This document shows, piece by piece, positions 29,005-38,734 of a stretch of DNA of 64,000 nucleotides; within the stretch, counting starts at the first letter, position 1, and each line of letters begins with the position of its first letter. Under the pieces are notes generated by a model. That model saw nothing but the letters and a program-made list of their open reading frames with translations. It was not told the origin of the DNA and did not search any database. A program made the translations under genes and the position numbers. This stretch comes from an uncultured Candidatus Binatia bacterium (lineage in GTDB: Bacteria; Desulfobacterota; Binatia; UBA9968; JAJDTQ01): assembly GCA_965242525.1 (NCBI GenBank), contig OZ251459.1, positions 3,616,001 through 3,680,000 of the forward strand, written 5' to 3'.

Positions 29005-30090
29005 ATGAAGAAGCCGTTGATGGTGACGAGTCTGCTGGCGTGCCTGTCGTTGCTGGCCGGGTCCGCGGGCCTTGCGGCCATGGACGACATGCGCGCCAGG
29101 ATGATCGAGAAGGCCAAAAAGGAAGGCGTCTTCGTGGTGGCCGGCAGCAACGCCGCGGAGTTCCGGGACAAGCTCGAGGGGTTCCGCAAGAAATACCCCT
29201 GGCTCCAGGTCAAGGCGTTCGACGCCAACACCTCGGCCACCATCAACCGGGTGGTGACCGAAGCCAAGGCGGGGAAGCTCACCATCGACATGGTGGGCGT
29301 GGACGAGAGCGGCACCGAGTCCCTGGCCCAGAAGGGGCTGCTCGAGGGGTACGACTACCCCCACATGAAGGACATGATCGCCAACACCCAGCCCAGCCAC
29401 GGCCAGTACGTGGACGCGTTCATGAACCCCCGGGTGCAGGGCATCTACAACACCGACCTGGTGTCCCCCAAGGACGCCCCCCGGAGTTGGGACGACATGA
29501 AGTCGGCCAAGTGGAAGGGGCTGACCCTGCTGTCGCGGTCGAGCGAGGAGTTCCCCTCCCGGCTGGCGTGGCTGTGGGGCAGCACCGACGCCCTCGAATG
29601 GGAGAAGAGCTTCGAGTTCTTCACCGAGATGGTCCGGAACCAGAAACCGGCCATCGGGCGCGGCTATGCCGGAGGGACCAAGCGCGTGGCCGCGGGCGAT
29701 GTGGGCATCTTCTGGTTCCCCGCCCTGGGCACCTACTCGAAGCTCAAGTCCAAGGGCGCTCCCGTGGAGATGATCGCGTTCCCGAAGTTCCCCATGACGT
29801 TCCGCTCCTTCGCCATCATGAAGGACGCGCCCAACCCCGCGGGCTCCTGGCTCCTGATCGACTACCTCATGTCGCCCGAGGGCCAGTGGGAGTACACCGA
29901 CGTGGTGAGCGCCAAGGTGGTGGTGAACCGGAACGCCAAGTCCGGCAAGCTGGCCAAGGTGCTGGTGGAAGGCGGCGCCACCGAGAAGAACGCCGCGCTG
30001 GTGGACCCGGCCACCGCGGCGAAGATCTACACGCCGGCGGTGCTGAAGAAGTCCGAGGACTTCTTCTTCCGGCTGCTGGGGATCAAGTAG
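29005..30090 (+). CDS. ABC transporter substrate-binding protein (Fe3+/thiamine-like cluster)
   Basis: Signal peptide, IEKAKKEG, YNTDLV..PRSWDD, APNP; upstream of permease and ATPase. Confidence 0.85.
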   Translation: MKKPLMVTSLLACLSLLAGSAGLAAMDDMRARMIEKAKKEGVFVVAGSNAAEFRDKLEGFRKKYPWLQVKAFDANTSATINRVVTEAKAGKLTIDMVGVDESGTESLAQKGLLEGYDYPHMKDMIANTQPSHGQYVDAFMNPRVQGIYNTDLVSPKDAPRSWDDMKSAKWKGLTLLSRSSEEFPSRLAWLWGSTDALEWEKSFEFFTEMVRNQKPAIGRGYAGGTKRVAAGDVGIFWFPALGTYSKLKSKGAPVEMIAFPKFPMTFRSFAIMKDAPNPAGSWLLIDYLMSPEGQWEYTDVVSAKVVVNRNAKSGKLAKVLVEGGATEKNAALVDPATAAKIYTPAVLKKSEDFFFRLLGIK

Positions 30091-30152
30091 CGGACCGCCT
30101 CCCGGCGCTCGCGCCCGAGCGGCAGGAGCGCTGACGGCAGGCGGGTCGAACC

Positions 30153-31901
30153 GTGAGCAGCGTCGCAGCCACGCACGACGGCAGGGCCCCGCGGGGCCCT
30201 GCCGTGGACTTCCGGCTGGTGGCCTTCTGGAGCATCGCCGCGGTGGTCGGGGTGCTGGTGGTGGCGCCCCTGGGCCTGCTGGTGGTCAACAGCTTCCGCA
30301 GCGTCTCGGTGGGCGACCTGGAGTTCAGCCTGAAAGGGCTGACCCTGCACAACTACGTGGAGGCCTACAGCAGCCCGGCCACGTTCCGGATGCTGCTCAA
30401 CTCCCTGTGGTTCGCGGTGGGGTCCATGGTCCTGGCCATGGGCATGGGGGGCGTGCTGGCGTTCCTCTCGGAACGCACGGACCTGCGCTGGCGCCGCGCC
30501 ATCCCGCTGATGGTGATGATCCCGCTCATCATGCCCTCCGTCGTCAAGGGCATCGCGTGGATCTTCCTGCTCTCGCCCCGCATCGGGGTCATCAACCAGG
30601 CGGGCCGGTGGCTGGGCCTGGACGGCCCCATCCTGAGCGCCTACTCGCTCCCGGCCATGATCTGGGTCGAGGGCGTGAGCATGAGCCCGCTGGCCTTCCT
30701 GCTCATCGCGGGCACCATCCGCCGCATGGACCCGTCCCTGGAGGAAGCCGCCCTGGGCAGCGGCGCCTCCACCTGGAGCACGTTCTCCAAGGTGCTGCTG
30801 CCGTTGCTCAAGCCCGGCCTGGCGGGGGTGGCGATCCTGCTGTTCGTGCGCGGCATCGAAGCCTTCGAGATCCCCATGCTGCTGGGGTTCAGCTCGGGCA
30901 TCTTCGTGTTCAGCACCACCATCTACTACTCCATACGCGGCGCCTTCCCGCCCGACTACGGCCTGGGGTTCGCCTACAGCATGACGCTGGTGGTGGTCAC
31001 CCTGTGCGCCATCCTGCTCTACCAGCGCCAGCTCATGCACTCCGAGCGTTATACGGTGGTGGTGGGCAAGGGCTACCGGCCGCGGGTGGTGTCCCTGGGC
31101 GGATGGACTTGGCCCGCGTGGGGGTTCGTGGGCTTCTATCTGGTGTTCGCCGCGGTGCTGCCGCTGCTGATCCTCGTGTGGAGCTCGCTGCTGCCGTACT
31201 ACCGGCCCCCTTCCCTGCAGGCGCTCTCGGCCGTCAGCCTGGAGAACTACCGGGAACTGTTCGCCTCCCCCGCCCTCGCCAACGTGGCCGGCAACACGAT
31301 GCTGCTGGGAGGCATCAGCAGCGTGGCCATCATGTTCCTGGCCATCCTGTGCTCGTGGTTCGTGTACCGCACGCGCATCGCCGGCCGGAAGGTGCTGGAC
31401 GTGGTGGTGTTCCTGCCCTACGCCGTCTCCGGCATGGTCATCGGCGTGGCCTTCCTGGTGGTCTTCCTGTCGTTCCCCAACCCGCTGTACAACACCATAT
31501 GGATCATCGTGCTGGCCTACGTGGTCAACTACCTGCCCATCGGCACCCGCTTCACCAACGCCGCGGTGGTGCAGGTGCACAAGGAGCTGGAGGAGGCCGC
31601 CTGGGGCAGCGGCGCGGGTTTCTGGACCACGCTGCGGTTCGTGTGGTTCCCGCTGCTGCTCCCGGCGCTGGTGAACGGCTTCCTGTTCGTCCTGATCCTG
31701 AGCTTCAAGGTCATGTCCATCGCCATGTTGCTGCGCGGACCCGACAGCATGGTGCTGTCGGTCTATCTGTGGCACCTGTGGGACACCGGCAACCCGGGCA
31801 CGTCCTCGGCCCTCTCGGTGCTGTTGATCGTGGTGGTCACGGCCCTGAGCGTGCTGGCCCGGCGCCTGGGGGGCAGCGTGGCCGGAGGACGCGAGCTGTA
31901 G
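30153..31901 (+). CDS. ABC transporter fused double permease (FbpB-like)
   Basis: Two EAA loops (LEEAALGSGAS, LEEAAWGSGAG). Confidence 0.92.
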   Translation: MSSVAATHDGRAPRGPAVDFRLVAFWSIAAVVGVLVVAPLGLLVVNSFRSVSVGDLEFSLKGLTLHNYVEAYSSPATFRMLLNSLWFAVGSMVLAMGMGGVLAFLSERTDLRWRRAIPLMVMIPLIMPSVVKGIAWIFLLSPRIGVINQAGRWLGLDGPILSAYSLPAMIWVEGVSMSPLAFLLIAGTIRRMDPSLEEAALGSGASTWSTFSKVLLPLLKPGLAGVAILLFVRGIEAFEIPMLLGFSSGIFVFSTTIYYSIRGAFPPDYGLGFAYSMTLVVVTLCAILLYQRQLMHSERYTVVVGKGYRPRVVSLGGWTWPAWGFVGFYLVFAAVLPLLILVWSSLLPYYRPPSLQALSAVSLENYRELFASPALANVAGNTMLLGGISSVAIMFLAILCSWFVYRTRIAGRKVLDVVVFLPYAVSGMVIGVAFLVVFLSFPNPLYNTIWIIVLAYVVNYLPIGTRFTNAAVVQVHKELEEAAWGSGAGFWTTLRFVWFPLLLPALVNGFLFVLILSFKVMSIAMLLRGPDSMVLSVYLWHLWDTGNPGTSSALSVLLIVVVTALSVLARRLGGSVAGGREL

Positions 31902-31932
31902 CCCCCCGGCGGCTCGGCCAGGGACCCTGCGG

Positions 31933-33039
31933 ATGATACGAGTCAGCAGTCTCGAAAAGGTCTATGAAACCGCGGAGCGGGAGCGCGTCCGGGCGCTGGC
32001 GGGCATCGACTTCGAGGTCCGGGAGGGGGAGTTCTACGTGCTGCTGGGCCCCTCCGGCTGCGGCAAGAGCACGACCCTGCGCTGCATCGCCGGTTTCGAG
32101 GATCCCACGGGCGGCGCGATCCGTATCGGCGACCAGGTGGTGTTCTCCGCCGCCCACGGGGTCAACGTGCAGCCGGCCCGGAGGGACTTCGGCATCGTCT
32201 TCCAGTCCTACGCCATCTGGCCGCACATGGACGTGTTCCACAACGTGGCCTTCCCGCTGGTGCACGGACAGGGGAGCCGGCCGCCGCGGCGGGTGGTGCG
32301 GGAACGGGTGATGCGGGCGTTGGAGCTGACCCAGCTCCAGGACCTGGCGGAGCGGCCGGCCCCGTTCCTGAGCGGCGGCCAGCAGCAGCGGGTGGCGCTG
32401 GCCCGGGCCCTGGTGCGCGAGCCCGGCGTGCTCCTGCTCGACGAACCCCTGAGCAACCTGGACGCCAAGCTGCGGGAGGAGATGCGGGTGCAGATCCGCG
32501 ACATCACCAAGCGGCTCAACATCACCAGCATCTACGTCACCCACGACCAACTGGAGGCCCTCACCATGGCCGACCGGGTCTCGGTCATGAGCGGCGGGAA
32601 GATCATGCAGGAAGACTCGCCCCTGGAGATCTACAAGCACCCGGCCGGCCGGTTCGTGGCCCAGTTCATCGGCGTGGCCAACCTGATACCGGGCCGGGTC
32701 GAGTCCGTGGACGGCGCCGGCATGGGGCGGGTGGCCACCGACCTGGGCGCCTTCGCCTGCACCCTGTCCGCAGGACTCCGGGCGCAGGACTCGGTGTCGC
32801 TGATGATCCGTCCGGAGGACGTGGTGGTCCGCCCGGAGGACGCGGATGGCGCCGAGAACGTGGTGCGGGGGCAGGTCCGGTCCGTGGTCTTCGTGGGCGA
32901 GATGCTGGACTGCACCCTGTCGCTGCCCGGTACGGAGCTTCGCCTCAAGGTGCATCCCTCCACTCCCATGACGGTCGGGGACACGGTGTCGGTCCAGGCC
33001 CCGCCGGAGCGCTGCCACGCCATCGCCGGCGCGGTCTGA
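31933..33039 (+). CDS. ABC transporter ATPase with TOBE domain
   Basis: [37 protein letters not shown]. Confidence 0.95.
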   Translation: MIRVSSLEKVYETAERERVRALAGIDFEVREGEFYVLLGPSGCGKSTTLRCIAGFEDPTGGAIRIGDQVVFSAAHGVNVQPARRDFGIVFQSYAIWPHMDVFHNVAFPLVHGQGSRPPRRVVRERVMRALELTQLQDLAERPAPFLSGGQQQRVALARALVREPGVLLLDEPLSNLDAKLREEMRVQIRDITKRLNITSIYVTHDQLEALTMADRVSVMSGGKIMQEDSPLEIYKHPAGRFVAQFIGVANLIPGRVESVDGAGMGRVATDLGAFACTLSAGLRAQDSVSLMIRPEDVVVRPEDADGAENVVRGQVRSVVFVGEMLDCTLSLPGTELRLKVHPSTPMTVGDTVSVQAPPERCHAIAGAV

Positions 33040-33136
33040 GAAACTCGAAACCACATCCCCGTTCGTCCTGAGCGTAGCGAAGCGAAGTCGAAGGACGCGC
33101 TTTCCCAAGGGAGAGCCGGCATGGACCAGACGTTCC
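33040..33136. mobile_element. Family B MITE (reverse orientation)
   Basis: Core hairpin plus end CCAGACGTTCC. Confidence 0.65.
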
Positions 33137-33158
33137 GCAAACGGAAAGGAGACGCCCC

Positions 33159-34163
33159 GTGATCATCGACGTCCACAACCACATCGTCGCGGGCGAGGAG
33201 TTGAGCCGCTACCAAGCCAGCCTCATCAACAGCCGCGGCTTCCACGGCAAGCGCAAGTCCGGCGTCACCGAGGAGACCATCGCGGGCGCCACCTGGCAGG
33301 GCCACAAGCACACCGAGGTGCTGGACCAGGTGGGCACGGACATGGCCTTCATCTCCCCCCGCCCCTACACCATGATGCACTCGGAGAAGCCCGACAAGAT
33401 CGTCCACTGGTACTGCGAAGCGGTCAACGACGCCATCGCGCTCCAGGTGAAGGCGGAACCCCAACGGTTCCGCGGCATCGGGGGGCTGCCGCAATGCGCC
33501 GGGGTCGGACCCGGGAACACCTTCGACGAGCTCCACCGCTGCATCGACGAGCTGGGCATGGTGGGCGTCATGATCAACCCGGACCCGGGCGAAGGCGACG
33601 GCCTCACCCCGGGCATGGGCGACGAGTACTGGTACCCGCTCTACGAGAAGATGGTCGAGATGGACGTGCCCGGACTGGTCCATTCCGCAAGCTGCCGGAA
33701 CCCCCGGGAGTCGTTCCACGGCCACTTCATCACCGAGGAGAGCATCGCCATCCTGTCCCTGATGAACTCCAACGTGTTCACCGACTTCCCCGGGCTGAAG
33801 CTGGTCATCTCCCACGGCGGCGGGTCCGTGCCCTACCAGGTGGGGCGCTGGCGCTCGCAACTCCGGGGTCCCGGCAACACCGAAAACTTCGACGAGCGCC
33901 TGCGGCGCCTCTACTTCGACACCGCGCTCTACAACACCGAATCCCTGGAGCTGCTGTTCAAGGTGGTCCGGCCGGACCGCTGCCTGTTCGGCACCGAGCG
34001 CCCCGGCGCCGGTTCCAAGCCCAACCCCCGCACCGGCCGCTGGTACGACGACGTGAAGCCCCTCATCGACGAGATGGACTGGCTGACCGACGAGGAGAAA
34101 ACCGCGGTCCTCGGAGGCAACGCCGAGAAGGTGTTCAGCCGGTTCGAACCTCGTACCCTGTAA
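33159..34163 (+). CDS. Amidohydrolase_2 protein, 4-oxalomesaconate hydratase (LigJ)-like
   Basis: MIIDVHNH, ISPRP, INPDPG, HGGGSVPYQVGR, LFGTE. Confidence 0.8.
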   Translation: MIIDVHNHIVAGEELSRYQASLINSRGFHGKRKSGVTEETIAGATWQGHKHTEVLDQVGTDMAFISPRPYTMMHSEKPDKIVHWYCEAVNDAIALQVKAEPQRFRGIGGLPQCAGVGPGNTFDELHRCIDELGMVGVMINPDPGEGDGLTPGMGDEYWYPLYEKMVEMDVPGLVHSASCRNPRESFHGHFITEESIAILSLMNSNVFTDFPGLKLVISHGGGSVPYQVGRWRSQLRGPGNTENFDERLRRLYFDTALYNTESLELLFKVVRPDRCLFGTERPGAGSKPNPRTGRWYDDVKPLIDEMDWLTDEEKTAVLGGNAEKVFSRFEPRTL

Positions 34164-34174
34164 TACTTACTGGT

Positions 34175-34393
34175 GGCTCTTCCGGCTTTCGTGTGGATAA
34201 GGCAGGAGGGAAGGGGGAACGACAGAGGTCAGGCCGTCATTCCCGCGAAAGCGGGAATCCACTTTCCTCGCCCTCGTTGTACAAATCTTTCGTACAGGGC
34301 GCCCATGGGGTTTGCTCGGAAGGTCTGGATTCCCGCTTTCGCGGGAATGACGGGATGGGAAATGTCGCAACCCACACAAATTTCGGAAGCGCC
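34175..34393. mobile_element. Composite element, family C (clearest copy)
   Basis: Ends GGCTCTTCCG / CGGAAGCGCC (9 of 10 inverted match) enclosing an inverted REP pair. Confidence 0.75.
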
Positions 34394-34465
34394 AGGAATC
34401 CTGTCTCCGGTCGTCCTGGGCGAAGCGAAGTCGAAGGAGGATGAACGCCTGGAGGCCAAGCGGAG

Positions 34466-37453
34466 ATGAGTGAGTCGGCGCGCGCCGTCCGGGGTACGCA
34501 ACCCGCGGGAACGAGCCTTCAGGAGCAATGGGAGCAGTTGCTCGACTACGCGCGGGAATGCGTGGCCGCGGAGTCCTCGACCGCGATGGTTCCACTTGCG
34601 GAAGGACGGGGGCGACCGCGCTGGCACGTCGCCCCCGGCGCAGAGCGGCTCGTGACCGGACAGGCGGATTCCGTCCCCGCGCCATCCGATTTGGCCGCGC
34701 TGCTGGAATCTGCCTCGTCGCGGGACGAGCCCCGCCCGGTCGCCGTGGGCTGGCCTGCCATCGTCGTGCGGAACGGGCGCGAGGCGGGTCGTCCCGAGTC
34801 CATCGCTCCCCTTTTCGTCGTACAGGCCTCGCCCGCACGGGAGCGAAACGGGCGCTGGAGGCTGTACGCCGCCACCGAGCCGGAATTCAACCTCGCCATT
34901 GCCGCGGCGGGGTTGCACGACTCCTCCGTTACGGACGAGATCGAGGCGATCGGGGTCGGGACACTGATCGGTGATCCGTCCGCCATCGCACAAGCCGCGG
35001 TTCGCGCCTGCACCCTGCTCGGGCTTCCCGTCTCTGCGAACCTCGACCCCGCAGCCGTCACGGAGCGGCCTGCGGACGTTCCGCACGGCGCACCAGCCGT
35101 GCATAACCTCGCCGTCTCTGTCGCGGCCGAGTTCAGCGGATACCGCCTCTCCCTGCACCGTGAACTGCAAGCGCTGCGGAAACGGGGGGACTGGGGCGGT
35201 ACTGCCGCCGCCCTGCTCGTCAACGGTGCGGAGTCCTCGTCCGGGCAGGACAGGGAACGAAACGCACGGGGACCGCTCTCGGCGCCGCTTCCCGTGAACC
35301 GCTCGCATGAGGAGACGCTGGAGCGGATACGGCACGATCCGTTGACCGTCGTGACGGGGCCGCCCGGCACGGGCAAGACGCAGCTCGTCGTCAACGCCGT
35401 CGCGAACGCATGGCTGGACGGCGACACGGTGCTTGTCACTTCCACCAACAATGCCGCCGTGGACGTCGCCACCGATCGCGCGAATCGCGACGTTGCCGCA
35501 GGGCTGATGCTGCGGACCGGCAACCGCCACGAACGTGAGGCGCTACCGGACCGCGCAAACGCCGCTCGCAACCAGGCCAAGGGCGCCGTCGGCGAGCCGG
35601 AGCACGAGGCGCGCGGCAGGTTGGCCGCTGCTGCTGGCGCGCACACTGCCCTGCTGCGCCGCGTGGCGCGGCTGGCGGAACTCGATCGGGATCTCCTGAT
35701 CGCGAGCCGCTCTCTGGCCGAGGCGCGTATCGTGCTCGCGGGAGCGGCCGGCGCGCTCTGGCCCGACGGCGCTGCACCCATCGGCGTGGATCCCGCCCGG
35801 ACGCACACGCGGGCGTCCCGGCTGGGGAACGCCTGGTTGTTCGGGACTCGGCGGCGAGCCCGCTTACGGAACAAGATCGGCTGCTCGGCCAACGCGGCCA
35901 TGATGGAGGTCGTCCGATGGGCGGAGGCGGCGCTGGCCGAGGCGAGGCGGGCGGCGGACTTTGCGGAAGGGCGCGCCGAACGGGAGAGGCTGGCGGACGA
36001 GATGGGCGCCGAGTCCGTGGCAGAGGCGGCAGCGTCCGACGACTGGGCGGATGCGAGCCTCGCATCCGTTCGCGCACACGTTGCCGGCCGCATTCTGGCG
36101 GCCCCGCCTCCGGCGCTCGGCGCTGCGCTTGGACAACGCGGGATGTTCCCCAGAGCCGTCGCCAACTCGTTCGAGGCGTTTCGCGGCTGGGCGTGCACCA
36201 CGCTTTCCGCCAACCCGAATTTCCCGCTGCAACCGGGCCTGTTCGAACTCGCCATCGTTGACGAAGCCAGCCAGTGCGACCTCGCCGCCGTTCTGCCGAT
36301 TGCCTACCGCGCGAAGCGGCTTGCGGTCGTCGGCGACCCGGAGCAGCTACATCCGATCGCGAACGTCTCTGCCCGTTTTCTCGACGAAATCGCCGCGCGC
36401 CAGGGCTTGGACCCGGCGGAGTTACGACGGAACGGCCGACACCACAGCGAGGGTTCGGCCTACCGTGCGTTCGAGGTCGCGTCCGGGCGGCCCGCGTCCC
36501 TGCTCGACGAGCACTACCGTTGTCACCCGTACATCGCGCGCTGGTTCAACCAAGCCTTCTACGGGGGGCGGTTGACGGTGCTGACCGATGTCTCCCGCTT
36601 CGCATCCGGGCGTGTGATCGCTTGGCGTGACGTGCCCGGCCCTGCGCGTCGACCCACCAGCGGGAGCGGCTGGGAACACCCCGCACAGGCGAAGGCGGCA
36701 GTGAATGAGATCGGCGCGATGCTCGGACGAGGCCTCAGTGTTGGAGTGGTCACGCCCTATGCCGCACAGGCGCGGCTCATCGACCGTCTCGCGCGCCGAG
36801 AATACGGCAAGGAAGCCCTTGGCGAGGCGGATTTCATCTACGGGACGGCCCACGGGCTGCAAGGCGACGAACGCGACGCCGTGATCTTCGTCTCGGTGCT
36901 CTCGCCGGGTATGCCTTGGCGCTCTGCGGCGTGGGTCGAGAAGGAGCGCAACCTCCTGAACGTGGCAGTCAGCCGCGCCCGCCAAACGCTGATCGCCATC
37001 GGGCACCCGGGCGCCGGAACGGTGGACGGAAAGGTGGTCAGTCAGACGCTGGTCTCGTTGCGCGACTACCTGAAGCGGCACGGCGAGAACCGCGCCGCAG
37101 GCATGCGATCTGCCCCGGATCTGCTTGCCAGCGACGCCGAGCTGCGTGCGCTGGAGGCGATGCGGAAAGCCGGACTGGACCCGCTCTCCAAGGTGCACGA
37201 GGAAGGTTACGAACTGGATTTCGCACTGCTGGGCCCCGGCGGCGCCAAACTCGACATCGAGATCGACGGCGACCAGCACAGTGACGCACGGGGCGAGCAG
37301 CGCCGCATCGACCACGCGCGAGACCGCTTGCTGCAGAAACTCGGCTGGCGCGTCCTGCGCATTCCCGCGTGGCGCTGCCATGAAGACCCCGATGGCGTCG
37401 GGGATGAGATATTGCGTGCTTTCCGCGCTACGATTTCCGATCACGGACACTGA
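34466..37453 (+). CDS. SF1 (DNA2/NAM7-like) helicase fused to a C-terminal DUF559/Vsr-like nuclease
   Basis: GPPGTGKT, VDEASQ, VGDPEQL, EHYRCHP, VVTPY, QGDERD, NVAVSRAR; tail YELDFAL..IEIDGDQH..RD..L..GWRVLRI. Confidence 0.88.
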   Translation: MSESARAVRGTQPAGTSLQEQWEQLLDYARECVAAESSTAMVPLAEGRGRPRWHVAPGAERLVTGQADSVPAPSDLAALLESASSRDEPRPVAVGWPAIVVRNGREAGRPESIAPLFVVQASPARERNGRWRLYAATEPEFNLAIAAAGLHDSSVTDEIEAIGVGTLIGDPSAIAQAAVRACTLLGLPVSANLDPAAVTERPADVPHGAPAVHNLAVSVAAEFSGYRLSLHRELQALRKRGDWGGTAAALLVNGAESSSGQDRERNARGPLSAPLPVNRSHEETLERIRHDPLTVVTGPPGTGKTQLVVNAVANAWLDGDTVLVTSTNNAAVDVATDRANRDVAAGLMLRTGNRHEREALPDRANAARNQAKGAVGEPEHEARGRLAAAAGAHTALLRRVARLAELDRDLLIASRSLAEARIVLAGAAGALWPDGAAPIGVDPARTHTRASRLGNAWLFGTRRRARLRNKIGCSANAAMMEVVRWAEAALAEARRAADFAEGRAERERLADEMGAESVAEAAASDDWADASLASVRAHVAGRILAAPPPALGAALGQRGMFPRAVANSFEAFRGWACTTLSANPNFPLQPGLFELAIVDEASQCDLAAVLPIAYRAKRLAVVGDPEQLHPIANVSARFLDEIAARQGLDPAELRRNGRHHSEGSAYRAFEVASGRPASLLDEHYRCHPYIARWFNQAFYGGRLTVLTDVSRFASGRVIAWRDVPGPARRPTSGSGWEHPAQAKAAVNEIGAMLGRGLSVGVVTPYAAQARLIDRLARREYGKEALGEADFIYGTAHGLQGDERDAVIFVSVLSPGMPWRSAAWVEKERNLLNVAVSRARQTLIAIGHPGAGTVDGKVVSQTLVSLRDYLKRHGENRAAGMRSAPDLLASDAELRALEAMRKAGLDPLSKVHEEGYELDFALLGPGGAKLDIEIDGDQHSDARGEQRRIDHARDRLLQKLGWRVLRIPAWRCHEDPDGVGDEILRAFRATISDHGH

Positions 37454-37504
37454 GTCGGGGCGCGGGGCGGCGGATGGGAGACTTTCCTCCAAGCCCGTTG
37501 AACC

Positions 37505-37549
37505 TGCGGAGATTACAGGCTATAATCTACGCAAAAGATGCGGAGATTA
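37505..37549 (+). promoter_or_regulatory. Triple 11-bp operator overlapping TATAAT upstream of the Fic gene
   Basis: TGCGGAGATTA 37505-37515 and 37539-37549; inverted TAATCTACGCA 37523-37533; TATAAT 37521-37526. Confidence 0.6.
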
Positions 37550-38652
37550 TGGGTTACCTGTGGGAAGAAAAGGAATGGCCGGTCCTTCGCTGGGACGAAA
37601 AGCGCCTGGGGCCGATGGTGGCGGAAGTGCGGCATCAACAGGGGCGCTTGATCGGGCGCATGGAGGGGCTCGGCTTCGAGTTGCGCGAAGAGTCGGTCTT
37701 TCGGACGCTCACCCGCGAGGTGGTCAAGACCAGCGAGATCGAGGGAGAGATCCTGGACGTCGAGCAGGTGCGCTCGTCCCTTGCCCGTCGCCTCGGCATG
37801 GACACGGGCGCGTTGAAACCCTCGGAGCGGGAAGTGGACGGCATCGTCGAAATCGTGCTGGACGCCACGGCCAACTTCGACCGCCCCCTTACCCGAAGGC
37901 GGCTTTTCGGCTGGCACGCAGCGCTGTTCCCCACCGGTCACAGCGGCATCTTCAGGATACCGACGGGGAGATGGCGCGACGACTCGGAAGGGCCGATGCG
38001 CGTCGTATCCGGCGCCGCGGGACGGGAGAAGGTCCACTTCGTCGCCCCGCCCGCGGAACGGGTCGCCGCGGAGATGAAGGAGTTCCTCTCGTGGTTCAAC
38101 GCTCCTTCTTCCGAGGCTCCGGTGCTGAAAGCGGCGCTGGCCCACTTGAGGTTCGTCACCGTCCACCCGTTCGCCGACGGGAACGGGCGCATCGCCCGGG
38201 CCATCGCGGACATGGCGCTGGCCCGCTCCGAAGGCGAGTCGCAGCGCTTCTACGGCATGTCCGCACAGATACGACAGGAAAGGAGCGCGTACTACAAGGC
38301 GCTGGCGCGGGCGCAGGAGGTCGGCGTGGACGTCACCGAGTGGCTGGCGTGGTTCCTCGGTTGTCTGCAACGCGCCATTGTCGGCTCCTACCAGGAATTG
38401 TCCGTCGTACTGCGCAAGGCCCGTTTTTGGGAGACCCACGCAAGGACGCCGTTCAACCACCGACGGGCAAAGGTCCTGTCCCTTCTTCTGGAGGGTGACT
38501 TCAAGGGCAAGCTCACGTCGTCCAAGTGGGCGAAGATCGCAGGGTGCTCGCAAGACACCGCGCAACGGGACATCGCCGCACTCATGCAACGCAACGTCCT
38601 GAAGAGAGGCGCGTCGGGCGGTCGCAGCACGAGCTACGAACTCGGTCCGTGA
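37549..38652 (+). CDS. Fic family protein (DUF4172 N-terminus, C-terminal HTH)
   Basis: HPFADGNGRIAR; TSEIEGE; KWAKIAGCSQDTAQRDI; GGRSTSY. Confidence 0.92.
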   Translation: MGYLWEEKEWPVLRWDEKRLGPMVAEVRHQQGRLIGRMEGLGFELREESVFRTLTREVVKTSEIEGEILDVEQVRSSLARRLGMDTGALKPSEREVDGIVEIVLDATANFDRPLTRRRLFGWHAALFPTGHSGIFRIPTGRWRDDSEGPMRVVSGAAGREKVHFVAPPAERVAAEMKEFLSWFNAPSSEAPVLKAALAHLRFVTVHPFADGNGRIARAIADMALARSEGESQRFYGMSAQIRQERSAYYKALARAQEVGVDVTEWLAWFLGCLQRAIVGSYQELSVVLRKARFWETHARTPFNHRRAKVLSLLLEGDFKGKLTSSKWAKIAGCSQDTAQRDIAALMQRNVLKRGASGGRSTSYELGP

Positions 38653-38734
38653 ACGCCGGGCTTGCGACGAAGCGGGAAACGAGCCGCGGCTATCCGCGCT
38701 CGCACGCCTCATCGAACGCTCTCCATGCGCCGCG

